A DNA stretch of 63,603 nt, counting the filler, from Choristocarpus tenellus KU-1152 (Eukaryota > Protista > Phaeophyceae): the NCBI GenBank assembly GCA_964200185.2. It is 11 parts of 11 records of this genome, joined end to end, with 100 filler letters (N's around TTAATTAATTAA, not from the genome) between each part and the next. Parts side by side here need not be neighbours in the genome. Positions count along the whole stretch, not along the records: positions 9,365 to 17,702 come from CAXNAD020004839.1; positions 17,803 to 29,358 come from CAXNAD020002259.1; 9 more parts are not named here. One strand, 5' to 3'. Position 1 is the stretch's first letter. Each line of letters opens with the position of its first letter. Position numbers and translations under genes: made by a program. This document shows, piece by piece, positions 12,235 through 24,900 of this stretch. The notes under the pieces were generated by a model. It was not told the DNA's origin. It worked only from the letters and a program-made list of their open reading frames with translations, and made no database searches.

Positions 12235-13883
12235 TCACCATCCATACTTGGCCTGTGTCTGTGATTTCGTCAACGAGGATGCCCCCCTCATCTCCATCAA
12301 CTCTCTTTCCCTGTTTGCTGCTTGGAAAGCCAGTTGATTGATTTGATGCTTGCGCTTCTGTGTAGAGGTGGGTGCAGATGTTGTCTGCGGAAACAATGAT
12401 TGCGGCATTGGGTGCGACGAGAGCAAGGAAAGGATAAACTTAGTTTCCTCCATCATCCAATGTATAGAAGTAGAGCTGGCTGGCTTCGATTCCAATCTGC
12501 TGGATTTCAAAAGTGGACTGCACGGAAACCTTCCAAAGCTGATACAAAATACTATTTCACATCTTTCAAAAGGAAACACATGAGCATTGTCAACAACCAA
12601 GTCAAGGCATGAAAAAGGAGAAATGCACATACAAAAAAAGAAGCATTATTTGCAGAAATTATTAAGGCTCGCCTTTCCAAATTCCAAAAAGTACGATCAA
12701 TTGACTTGAAGCATACAAGAATGTCCAGTTGACCTCCCAAGAGATATTTTCACAAGGGCTTGGTACTTAAGTCCACAGCTCCAGAGAGGACTTCCCCAAT
12801 TCATTACACAGGGAAATCATTATTGTGGGTGTGAACATAGAGCTCAAGGACTACCATCTACAGTCTTGTGAGGTTACTTTGTAATAGTAGCAGCGGTCTT
12901 GAGTTTTGTGCAGAGTTATCGCAGACTCCTCCTCACTTGCCAAAAAATCAACAATAAAATCTGAAGCTTTGCCAGATACAAAGAATGAACAGGAATGCCT
13001 GGTCCCCCCCCCCCTTGTCCACACTGTTGTAGGCCTCACCATTATCTTTCCTGTCGTTGGGTTGTACACACTAGACTCAATATTTACAGACTCCCTTTGA
13101 ACCACCGTTGGCATCGGTCCCTGGCGCAAGGGATTGTAATCATTGCTGCCCTGTTGCAGACTCTTGGTCGGAACCTGCAATTGGTGTGGGAGGGAAGGAG
13201 GGAGAGTAGAGGGAACTTCTGGAAATATGATATTCTGAATTCCAGATTGCATAAACATGGTATAACTTACCAATTTAACATCTAAAGTGTGATGATACCA
13301 CAAAATTCATGATGCACAAACACATACTGTGGTAGGATTGCTGCATTTTCCCTAAATGTAATGGGTGAAAAGTATCACAACTGCTCCAGTACATTTCAGT
13401 AATTCAAAACAGCAATATTGAGTGCAGAATGCATGTGGAATCAATTGCACATATTCTGAGTTGTGGCAGTCCATATTTGGTGTGCTCTAGATTTGAGGAG
13501 TCGCAACCCTTCAAAACAATACAGGATGCGATACCTCAACAGGAGGTCCTTCTATCATCAGCATTTGACACAGCAGTGTTGCCTGACACTACAACAAGAC
13601 AAAACAGAGCTGGAAGGTAAAAAAACGACAACATAATATTCCAGAGTACAAGCAAGCATCACTGTGTCAGAAATGACAAGGATATTCTAGTAACAGCGGA
13701 CAGAGCGACAATCAATCTTATTACAATGTGTTACAGAAAGTATCAGTAGGTGTCAAGGTCTCTTCCCTGATGCAATCTGACACAACAGTATTTTATCACA
13801 GGGCGGATAGAGTTCACTGGATGACAGAAATCTATAATGGTTCATCTATGAGTAGCTGTAACGATAGCTACACAGAGTGACAT

Positions 13884-13921
<38 letters not shown>

Positions 13922-16310
13922 CAACTGTAAGGACAACAATAGAACAAGCCCTTACAATATGATCTACAACCTCTATACATCCAGATGTATCACTGTGCCA
14001 TGAAGTCAACTACAATTATTAAACAAATTTCCATTTGCAAAAGATGCGGTATATCAGAACACTAACTTCCTGCTACAAAAGAGGGATGTAAGAGTAACTG
14101 TATGGTACAAAGTTTTCCAACTCTCTCCTTTACAGGCAGCAAACTTTCAACTTATCGCATGTCACTTCTTGGAAAATTGCCCAACGATGTGGAATTCAAC
14201 TGTTTTGACAACTCTCAAACCCATGTCATGGAGTTCAATATGGTACAGACATTCATAGAGGGATAAGGGGAGTGCTATAGCTCAAAATGCCTTCCTAATT
14301 CTTGTCAGGAACTCTCCCTAAAATATGCCACTAACCTTATCTCCCAGAGCACCTAGATTTCCCATTGCAAGTGCCCTTTCCATGTCCCTATCTCTGCGTC
14401 TGCCTGCTTTGCCAGACCCAACCTGATAATTCCCTATGGCATCTCCTACATCTGCTCCTGTATCAAATTGTGCTGCTGTTGCAGTACCACCTGGATGCCC
14501 CTGCTGGTGGTGGTGGTTGTACCCCTTTGTTCCAAGGGTGTACAAGAACAGGGAGGAAATGTATTGTTGTTGAGGTAGAGAGCGGGGGGAGAATAGGCAG
14601 TGTTGGTGCCAGAGATATTTGTTTCAAAAAGGAACAATAGGAACACCTTAATTGATGCAAGATCAATACTACTTATCACAACATAAAAAGTACATTGGTC
14701 ACTTGTGTGGAAACACACATCCCTATCACAAGTGGAACTCCTGACACCGGAACAAAAATACAAGAATCAACGACAGTCATGCTGAGAGGAATCAAGTACG
14801 AACAACAAGTAGTTTCTGCAATGGAGATTGCACCCAAACAGAGTTCCTTTCTCTCTTAGCCCAGCTTTTCAATCGTTGGTAGTCCGTAGTGGAAGGCATC
14901 ATAAAACCTATTATAGGTGAGCATCTGGACAACTGAGAATGCAAGGTGAACCACAGAGCTGCATTATCTTGGCATGCACAGAGCCATCTCTAGAGAGGGC
15001 ACCTGGATCACCTGGCACTGCTTCCATGAACCATCAAATTCTCACTAAGACAAAGTTATTCCATTCCACATTTTCACACTAAAGCTTCCTCTTCAGATAC
15101 AGATAGAGGTACGCCTTGCATTAGCCTACCTTCATGCAGTTGGTATAGGATAGACAGGGGCATGGGCACCTGATTCTCAAATGGCTCAATGCCTTGATGC
15201 CATGCTGCCTACTCTGCCTACCTGGTAGCCACTGTACCCTCGATATTGCTCCTCCTGCAAGGGTACTTTTCCCACGCCATCCCCTGTAGATTGTGTTGTG
15301 CTGCTGCCAGTAGTATACTGTTCTCTTTGCTGCTCCACCATATACTCCTGCACTTGTTCCTGCCCCTGCACCTGTCCCTGCAACCATCCACCCTGCCACT
15401 GCCCTTCGATTGGTTGCGGGGCCTCATCGGCATGCCCCACATCACCCTCAGGATCTTGTTCTACTGCACTTGCTGACGAAAGTCTAGGCACGCGAGCAGG
15501 CGCTTCAACGGTTGAGTCTCTCCCAACTTCCATCGATTCACCTTGCTCAGTCTTAGCTTCTACCTGATTCACCCCGCCACCTAGTACTCTTGGTACTAAC
15601 CCTTGCCTTGTTTGGGGCTTCAAACGTTGTGGGAGGGTGAACAAAGGTGCAGGTGCGTCTGACTCTCTATAACCGTCACCACCTTGTACTACAAGGTCCT
15701 GTACACCACCATCTTCATCCGAGCTTTGGCCTCGTCCAGAATCTTCACCTTTCCCCTTACCCTCAGTGGCTTCCCCCTGAGATGCTGTTGCCACGCCGTT
15801 CAAGCCCTCCCCCTCACCTGGTGCAAAATCAACCTTAGGATTCTTAGCGGTTGTTGCTCTTCGCTTGCGAGACTTGGCCAGGAGATCATCCGCCCCAGCT
15901 TCAGAGGCTGGTTGGGGAAGAAGCGAGAGAAGTTCGCCACGACCATCGGAATTTGTCACTCGTGGCGACTTCTTCTTGGTGCCTTCTCCGTCATCAGAGT
16001 CGGTGTCGCCAAGCGTATCTCCACGCGCCAGCGCTGCCTGTATCTCTGAAGATAGAACTAGCTCATTTAGTTTAACCTTTTTCTTCTTTCTCTTCTTCTT
16101 TCCTCGACCTGAAGAAGTTGTCCTCCTTTTATTGTGACCCTCTATGTGAGCTGTGTCAAGAAGTTTTCCCTTCCCCTTACCCTTTACCTTCTCGGCAGCT
16201 CCTTCTCCAGCGTTGGTTTCCTGTGGGGGTGCGAGTAGGGTAGGTTTACTAACTTCAAAAGCTAGAGTCTCTTCCTCAGAAGAAGATCCGTACCCACCAA
16301 TGAGATCCAT
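12235..16310 (-). CDS. PRCC: PRCC-family protein (~520 aa)
   Basis: Phase-0 exons 16310-15222, 14524-14336, 13174-13040, 12384-12235. N-terminus MDLIGGYGSSSEEE. Diagnostic C-terminus QKRKHQINQLAFQAANRERELMEMRGASSLTKSQTQAKYGW. Confidence 0.9.
13888..13916. repeat. (CT)n microsatellite in a PRCC intron
   Basis: Direct CT run. Confidence 0.9.
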
Positions 16311-16576
16311 AGGACTCTGCAGTTCTTTAGGGTATGGTTTCTCTAGGTTACGGATGCGCTCATTTCACTTCTTCCCCCCAAACGCCTCCAATATATGTGT
16401 AACTGTCAGCTCTACTATACTTACTATCCACAACAAATGCCGCTCCACCTTCCTTCTCGACCGTTCACGAAGCAACGAATACACGTCTAACTACAACTAT
16501 ACAACTGCATATCATGCTACTGCTAATAATTCTTAGGCTACTACACTAGGTCTGCGGGATTGTCAAATATAAGAAG

Positions 16577-17636
16577 ATGAAAGGAGAGGCATCAACAGGG
16601 AGGTGGGTGGGTGTGGAAGTGCGATGTACTCCTCTATGAACAAAACACTCGTACTCAAATATTAACCTCATCGAAGCACCCCAGGTTTGCGACGCAGTGA
16701 GATAGCATCACGTAGTACAGCAATTATTTTCTTTATTCATATATTAGAAGCAGGGGAATATTGCTACAAAGAAAGGGTTCACCGAATAACATTCCATGAT
16801 CATGTGGCAAAGAGAGCACGTACATGCTTACGGCAATTTATTCCACACTAGTAGCACGGTGGAATCGCAACTGTCTATGATGTGGACTCGTCTTTTCCCC
16901 TCAATGGCTCGTTAACAATCTAGAGGGAAAGTAGTCATCTAAACATCCTCTTGTTATGTTAAATTTATTTCCTCCCCACGTACCACAATCAGCGTGAGGG
17001 ATTCCCTTCTGTTCAAGGCAAAGATATTCTTCATGGTGTCTCTGATTGTCGCAGACATCGGGCTAAACAGCAGTGTCGAGTTCGATCGGTATGGCCTTAA
17101 TGCAGGAAATTCCTCTGGCACAGTCCTGGCTCTCATCTTGGGGTGAGTTGAATGCTGGTCACCTCGCTGTGTGTCAATCAACGTAGATCGGTCGTGACTA
17201 CAGCACTTTAGATCGGTTTTCTGTGGAATAGCTCTTCTACAAAAAAAATCATTACCAAGATGATGAGTGGGCTTCGGTTAGGGGAAGATTTGACAGTCGC
17301 GATCTCGGTTCTGATTGTGTGCATGAAACCTACGAATCTAATCTAAATAGCACATCGACGGCTAGCAAAACACAAAATATCAAAACACATGAAAACCACT
17401 CCAGCATGGTTATGTGCTTAGACAGTCCCTCTTCGATCTTCCGATACCTCCTGCTGCTGGGCAGTCTGCAGTTGGTGATCCAGGCATCCATTTTTCTGAG
17501 CCTTTTTGTGATGATGTTCGACACATACCCCTTTCGGGTTGGTCTCATGGGCATGCTAATATCACAGTATCTCTCTGTGTACGCAATCAATGCCACCTAC
17601 TTCCTGATGACAGCATTCATATATGGATATAGGGTG
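16577..17636 (+). CDS. TMEM138: TMEM138-like ciliary membrane protein; truncated by the contig end
   Basis: Exons 16577-16606 (tentative), 17018-17142 and 17465-17636, with a consistent phase-2 join. Translation includes ADIGLNSSVE and FVMMFDTYPFRVGLMGML, resembling the TMEM138 D..N..SE and F.T..F..GL motifs. Confidence 0.75.
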
Positions 17637-17674
17637 GTGAGTTACAGTAGTAGCTGTTCGCCAGGTTTAGTTTT

Positions 17675-17702
17675 GGCTCAAAGTATCTGGGGGGTGTGGA
17701 GG
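17675..17702. mobile_element. MITE terminal repeat at a contig break
   Basis: GGCTCAAAGTATCTGGGGGGTGTGGAGG. Confidence 0.7.
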
Positions 17703-17802
17703 NNNNNNNNNNNNNNNNNNNNNNNNNNNNNNNNNNNNNNNNNNNNTTAATTAATTAANNNNNNNNNNNNNNNNNNNNNNNNNNNNNNNNNNNNNNNNNN
17801 NN

Positions 17803-18429
17803 TTGGTGTGACTTGTTGGTGTGACTTGTTGGTGTGACTTGTTGGTGTGACTTGTTGGTGTGACTTGTTGGTGTGACTTGTTGGTGTGACTTGTTGGTGT
17901 GACTTGTTGGTGTGACTTGTTGGTGTGACTTGTTGGTGTGACTTGTTGGTGTGACTTGTTAGTGTGACTTGATGGTGTGACTTGTTGGTGTGACTTGATG
18001 GTGTGACTTGATGGTGTGACATGATGGTGTGACTTGTTGGTGTGACTTGATGGTGTGACTTGTTGGTGTGACTTGTTAGTGTGACTTGATGGTGTGACTT
18101 GTTGGTGTGACATGTTAGTGTGACATGATGGTGTGACATGTTGGTGTGACTTGTTGGTGTGACTTGTTGGTGTGACTTGATGGTGTGACATGTTAGTGTG
18201 ACTTGATGGTGTGACTTGTTGGTGTGACTTGATGGTGTGACTTGATGGTGTGACTTGATGGTGTGACTTGATGGTGTGACTTGTTGGTGTGACTTGTTGG
18301 TGTGACTTGATGGTGTGACTTGTTGGTGTGACTTGATGGTGTGACTTGATGGTGTGACTTGTTGGTGTGACTTGATGGTGTGACTTGATGGTGTGACTTG
18401 ATGGTGTGACTTGATGGTGTGACTTGTTG
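17803..18429. repeat. 13-bp tandem satellite, (T/A)TGGTGTGACTTG, about 48 copies
   Basis: Directly visible. Variants TTAGTGTGACTTG and ..GTGTGACATG also occur. Confidence 0.97.
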
Positions 18430-18449
18430 AAATCTCGATGCGATACATT

Positions 18450-19088
18450 CTGTCTTTTTGAATGTCTTTTTGAATGTCTTTTTGAAGGTGATAACAGTGA
18501 CGCGGTTTACTTTCTAGTGCAGCATGTGGTTAGTATTTTGGACTCTTGACATAGCGGTGTCGAGCTCTATGACGGGTGACGTTTTGTTGTGGTTGTTTCT
18601 TTTTGTTGTTATTGCAGTTGTTTCTTTTCTCTTTTATTGAAGTTTTTTCTTTTTCTTTTTCGTTTTTATGTTTTAAGAAACTTGATGCTCTTCAATGTGT
18701 TGCTGCGTAGTATTTTGTTTGTCGTCTGTATGGTACTTGATAATTGGCACTTGGTACTTGATAATTGGTACTTGGTACCTGGTACCTGGTAGTGTAGAGG
18801 ATTTTGTTGTGCAGTCCTCTCATGGTGGTGCATGCACACTGAACAAGACCCAAAAGTGTGGATGGTTTTCTTGCTTTTTGACAAAATTGAATGTATAGTG
18901 AATGTATCGTTTGAATGTATCGTTTGAATGTATAGTGAATGTATCGTTTGACTGTATAGTGAATGTATCGCTTGTACTCGTGTAAATGGTGCGTACTCAA
19001 TAGGATGAAAACATTTGATATAAGCACCAGGAGAACTCACTCCGTAGCAGGAGAACTCACTCCGTAGCAGGAGAACTCACTCCGTAGC
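18450..19088. repeat. Cluster of short tandem duplications
   Basis: TGTCTTTTTGAA x3 (~18450-18485); TGGTACTTGATAAT-type (~18730-18790); TGAATGTATCGTT-type (~18888-18970); GGAGAACTCACTCCGTAGCA x3 (~19029-19089). Confidence 0.85.
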
Positions 19089-19173
19089 ATTCCATCAGAA
19101 TTTGAAAAGTTTTTGCAGCATTTTGGAGGTGGAGAGTTTGATTTGTGCATGGAACTGCAATCACTAATCTGCC

Positions 19174-21908
19174 CCCTAACCCTAACCCTCACCCTAACCC
19201 CAATCACTTGGGATACAACATTTTCATCAGATCCTACACTCAACTATTTTGACAGAGAGGTAAACCAGGGTCTTAGTTTTGAACCAGCATGGTACCAAGT
19301 ACAATTTAGTAATCAATTTTTAGAATTGTATTGATTCTGAAGTACATTTCCGTGTAATGGTACTAACCCTAACCCTATCCCTAACCCGATTATATTTTCT
19401 TGTGGGTACCATGGTCCTTGTTGTGTGGATAATAACATTACCATTGTAATGATTGACTGTTGTTGTGCTAACATGCAGGGATGTGTTCGGCTTATCCAGA
19501 CATCTGTTCAGATTTACCTGGACAAACACCATCAATACCACAATGAGGAGACTGTTGAGGTGATGGCCATGAAAATCTAGACATACCTTGCCTTGCCTTA
19601 CAATGCCTTGTCCCGTATCTATTTATGACACCGGGTGAGTGATTGATATCACAGTTATCGCTGTTTCTATCACAAGTATTACAATGTTGTTACTAATTTA
19701 TTCTCTTTTTATTTATTATTATTTGCTTCACATTAGCTCAGAGACTGTCCCGGCAAGTCATCAGAGGCACTACACAGTGCACCATTAGTACTTCTCACAC
19801 TGACTAATGTCACAGCCTGTTGCACTACATCTAGTTTCACTGCCTCTGTTGTTCCCTTGGTTCTTGTACAATGGATTGGGCCGTCTCACTGGTTCTCACT
19901 CTGTCTCCTACCTTGAGTGTTGTGTTCACTGTGTACACTGTACTGTACATAGAATACTTGATGAATGTTAATGCAACATACCTCATATTATGCTTAGGGT
20001 TATAGATAGGGTGACAAAGAGTTGATTCAAATGAAGTAACCAAAGTGTCCTCATTGCTTTTGCCCTGAAGTGCCTAAGGTCATAGTGTTGATCAACACGG
20101 AAATTTCTTGGAAATTTCTTAGGGTTTTCTTGTTGAACGGAAAGTCTAGTGTGACTGACAACCTGTACCTCTTGCTGTTAGCACTTTTATTTATTTTTGT
20201 GTGTGCATGTGTATGCAGCAGAGCAACCCCTGCAGTGTGAAAATAATGATGTAGTGGGAAGTATTTCATATTGCGCTGTTGACTGTATGTATGCATTTGA
20301 GGTAATTTCGAGGACTTTTTTGGTGGTTTCATGTGCATGTGCTGGGTGTGGTGACCTCTCTAGGTCTGCTGTCATTCCATGGACACCATACTGCTTAAAT
20401 TGTATTGTATAAAAAGAATAAAAGTTCAGCGATCCACAAGGGTGGTGTATCCATTTGTACATTCTGCACCTTAGAATATTAGAAGTCATACTTCATCCCT
20501 AACCCTAACAGTGCCTTTTGTGCCAAGGGTACATGTGAATGAATTCTTGTTCTGGAAATGATAAGAGTAGGTGGGCTTATTTTGAAGTCACGAACTATTG
20601 TTCATGTTTTCATTATGGCACTTACTGTGTGTGTTCTGATTAGCCCCTAACCCTAACCACACTGTCATTTGTTTCGACCATTGCCTAACCCTAACCCTAA
20701 CCCTGATTGTTAATGTCACTCTAATGTACTTGTTACTCTCATTCCTATACCTCTTGTTTGCTCTATACCTTTAAATGATATCTAGCCCTAACCCTAACCT
20801 TAACACCCTGTTTTTCACTGTGCTACACCTTTTATTGACTTCATACCCTAAGTTGTCAACAGATGACCTGGTTTTGCTCATGGCATGGTGTGTGGTGGGT
20901 GCATACCCTGAATCGTGTTCCCTGTTGAAAGATTTAGACTACATCAAATCGTTCCACTTCTGTCACTCTGACATGAGTTCCCTTGGCTTCACCCTATCAA
21001 TACTCGAGGTGAGGAGGGGATATTATTGTTATTGTTACTGCTATTATTTTTATTAAAAAGTGTATCATTATTATTGGTAGTTCTCGAGTTGTTGGAATAG
21101 TGTTGATGGTGTGTTGTTGACTGCACAGTAGTGACTAATTAGAGGACCTATCAATGGTGCTAGGTTTCATATGGGGTTTGTATTGGGATAATTGATACCG
21201 GTACTGTTGGGTTTAGGGTTAAGAAGGTGCACTTTCATTTTTTATTTTTTGTTATTGCAAGAGTCTGATACAACAGTGAGGGGTAGAAGATAATGCTTTG
21301 CGGCTTAGGGTTAACGTTAGGGTTAGACCTATCGCGAGAATGGCCTCACATTGTAAGCCCACCTTGGGTTTGTTTTGAAGAGTGCGGAGTATGGAAATAG
21401 TGAAGTAGTCAGTTAATTGGCTTCTCACTGTTTGATCAATCATGGATGGAGGTTGATTGAATTGGGTCTATTGTATTGGTACTCCTTTACAATGCAGTAA
21501 TGGTGTCCGGTTTGTGAACTGGATTAGACACTCAATAAGTGATTGTGACCCCTGTAAGTGGATGACTGCGATGGTGACATTCATCAGAATGAAAAGTTTG
21601 TAACTGATTTTCCTTTGGTAATGCATGTGTTGGAGTGTGTATCCTTCTTTTTAATGGAATTGGGCTGTTTTTGTCTGTGTTACACCAAAGTTTGTGGGGT
21701 TCATGTTTCAGTCGTGGTAGGAGTTGTTGTGGCAAATTCCCCCCTATTGACTTTCACATATTGGCATGATACACACACACCGTATGTTGTCTTATTCTTG
21801 GTTAAGAAATGAATAAAATTATGCAGTCACTGTTGGAGCCTCTTATATGCTCACAAAAGAGGAGCATTGGACATCTTTAGGGTTTAGGGGTTAGGGTTAG
21901 GGTTAGGG
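19174..21908. repeat. Region enriched in short interstitial (CCCTAA/TTAGGG)n arrays
   Basis: Arrays near 19174, 19364, 20497, 20644, 20684, 20786 (CCCTAA) and 21208, 21305, 21877 (TTAGGG). Isolated arrays also at ~7611, 23086, 29704, 35995, 48309. Confidence 0.85.
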
Positions 21909-24900
21909 GTGAGACAGTTACGTAGGAAGTGACGGTTGTTGATTGTGCAGTACATTGAATTTTTGTTTTTTTTGGAAGCATCTGCTGCCTCTTGCGTGTG
22001 TTTTCTTTCTTTTTTTTGTGAGAACTCTTGGCATGCTAAAAATGTTGCAAGTGTTTAGAGCGAACACACTTTATCTTGTTTATCTGCCATTCTATGCCAC
22101 CCTCCCACGTACCTGGCAATGTCCTGACCCCTCTAATTGCGACCATCACTTCTTGCTGAAGGTGTCTCTGGACTGGCTTATAGCCAAGGTAGGCTACCAG
22201 CTTAGAGAGGTCGTGTCCAAGGAAGGGTGCATCGTCCTCCACGTTGAGCCACGGCCCACCTCCACGCCCCTGGTTAAAGCTGGTGGGGAAAGCCTAAACG
22301 ATCTGGGGCGCCCAGAGCTGGGTGAATGTAATGACAGCAGCAAAGTTGGGGCAGGGGGGACAGGAGAAGCCCAGGAAGTGTCAGAGAATATGATAAATAC
22401 TGACAGGGTTGAGGTTGATGGTAGTGAGCATAGTGATGTCACCTCTGCTGCTGTGCCTGAGGTGAAGGAGGAAGGATGGGGCACTGAGGTGGGCATGTGG
22501 GCAGTAGGTTCTGACTTGGCCCTAAGGCAGAATGTTGCTTGTGAGCTTGTGACCAGGGGGCTCTCATTGGAAGACTTTGACGATCCTTTGATGAATCTGC
22601 CAACCTCCTCGGAAGTGGAGGGGAAGGATGTGAAGCAGGTGGAAGAAGGAGTAAGAGGCCTTTGTGGAGAACACGACTTGGTGAAGGACTTGAGACAGGA
22701 ACAGGGACAGGGACAAGGAGAAGATGGTACTGTCAGTGCTGTCAGTGAGGATGGAGGGGGTATTGCTGGGGCATCGGTTGACAGGGGGTTTGTCACTCCA
22801 CAAGCATCATCTGAGCAGGAAGCTGCAGGAAGGCGTGTGATGGTACTTGGGAATGTTTTGAGGGGAATGGCGGAGGTTTTGGTTTTATCTGGAGATGATG
22901 AACTGAGGAGACCAGTCAGGGTGAGGCAGGTAAGAGTGAATGTTATTAGTAACTGTGAGTGACAGTGTAGGTTCTAGAGTTTGCCACTGTATTTCCCGAT
23001 ACGGGTGGAGTCTCTTGTCTTTTTTGGTTTGGTGAGCATGATTTCAGCTGCTTTGTTCATGGCTATGGTACACATGGTGTGTACCTAACCCCTAACCCTA
23101 GCATTGGTATTACTTTTTAAGTGATAAATTTGTACTGTGAAGTAAAGTGATGGACGTTTGTATCATAATATTTTCGGTTTGTAAGGTGGAATGTGGTGAG
23201 CACTACTCTGCTACTCTCACACAAGAAGGGGAGCTATACACTTGGGGTCAGGCGGAAAAGGGATGTCTGGGTCACGGAAGAGATGAGGACGGTGAATTTG
23301 TCCCCCTTATAACGCCTACCAGGGTTATGGGACTCCACACCAAGAGATTTCTGCAGGTATGTTGCAGTTTGTGGGACGCAGAAATGAACATTGCCCCTAA
23401 TTCCGGTGTTGTGCCAAGGGGACAATAAAAGGACAGTCAAGCTTGAAGGATAGAGTTATTTTTGACTTGGATTGTGTGCTCCAGTGCATCTCATCCATGG
23501 TACTCGTCTGACTTAGGGGATGTGAGTGGGCTTTTTGTGGTCATTGTGGAGGAGGTTTGCTTGAGGCGAAAAGTTCTCTTGCATGTGTTACCTGTACTGG
23601 TTTGCATGTGTTCTAATTGGGTGGGGGGGGCACTATGATAGAGTGTGACATGTCCAGATGTTTTTTTTGAACCGGTGAGGTGTGAGGATGTTTTTATGCA
23701 TCCTGTTTATGTTCACCTTGTATTTGATTTGGGGTGTGGTTTTCTTGATGACGATGGATTAGAAGTGGACCGAATGAGCAAGTATAGTGTGGGAAGATGT
23801 TAGCCTTTTTTGTTCTGCAAGGGGTTAGTGCGTATGGTTTTGACCCAATTACCTATGCATGTCCTCTTATGTGTATGCAATAAGAGGAGAAAAGGTATTT
23901 ACTTTTTGGTAATTTGGTAGTTACAGGTGCTGGGTAATATTGATGAAAATTGCCAGCACAGCCTGGAGTTGTCTGTAACAAAATCTAAGTGACTCAATGT
24001 CCAATGGCCAAATGTAGTATGGCACAGCTTTTCTTTTTTTTAAGCATGTATTTGATATCTCTATAGTGATTGATAATTGGCAAATACTGTTCTCACGGAT
24101 TTGTTTCATGATAATGGTTGCAGGTTTCATGTGGTGTGCATCACACCTTGGCTATCACAGTTGCTGGGGAGTTGTTTGCATGGGGGGATAACAGTAGTGG
24201 CCAGTGTGGACTATCGTGTACAAGTGGTTCCGGAGGGGATGGTGGGGCGAATCAGGATGGCCCAGGATCTCTGCTGGGGGGTGGTGGATCAGGAGCACTC
24301 ATCGCCCAACCAACACAGGTGAGGTGAATCCCAGGTTTTTGCAGTGGAATGCTACTAATAGTGGTACCTTATTGAGGTGCTTTGTAAGAAATGCAACTGC
24401 CGGGTGACTTGAGATGAAGATTGTTGTGTGCAGTTTTTCCTGTTTTTGGAAGTTGTGTTTTCAGGTGAGAATATGGTATATAGTGTGTACTTTGATTTAC
24501 AGGTTTATGAGTGTAGGGATGTGAGAGATTGATGAAGTGTACTTGTATTAACAGTACCTATCAAGGTTAGAGCTCTTTGCAGCTTGTGCTCAGGAATGAT
24601 GTTGATATTGATATCATTAGCAGCATCTGGTCCGCAGTCCACAGTTACTTTTGTATGTACGGAAGATACATATTTTTAATGCTTCTGCCCCATCCAACCC
24701 CAAAGCCAATCCTAACCAATTCACTATTTACCAACTAAATGGACCCGACTGAGTTGCTTGCTGACATGCTATTTTAATTGTGCCTGCTGCGTTTTGTATT
24801 CTATGTTTCTAGGTAAGCAGGTTTTGTGTTGTATCATCTCGCCGGTTGAACTCACAGATCAGTGCCATCCCCCCCACCCCCTCCCCCTATCTTTTGTGTA

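Noticed and set aside
17803-18429. Possible CRISPR array (also considered for 41977-42267 and 19029-19089)
   Set aside because: Contiguous tandem units with no unique spacers, no cas genes and a eukaryotic context.
17747-18448. 233-aa His/Thr/Ser-rich ORF
   Set aside because: Translation of the 13-bp satellite, running into Ns.
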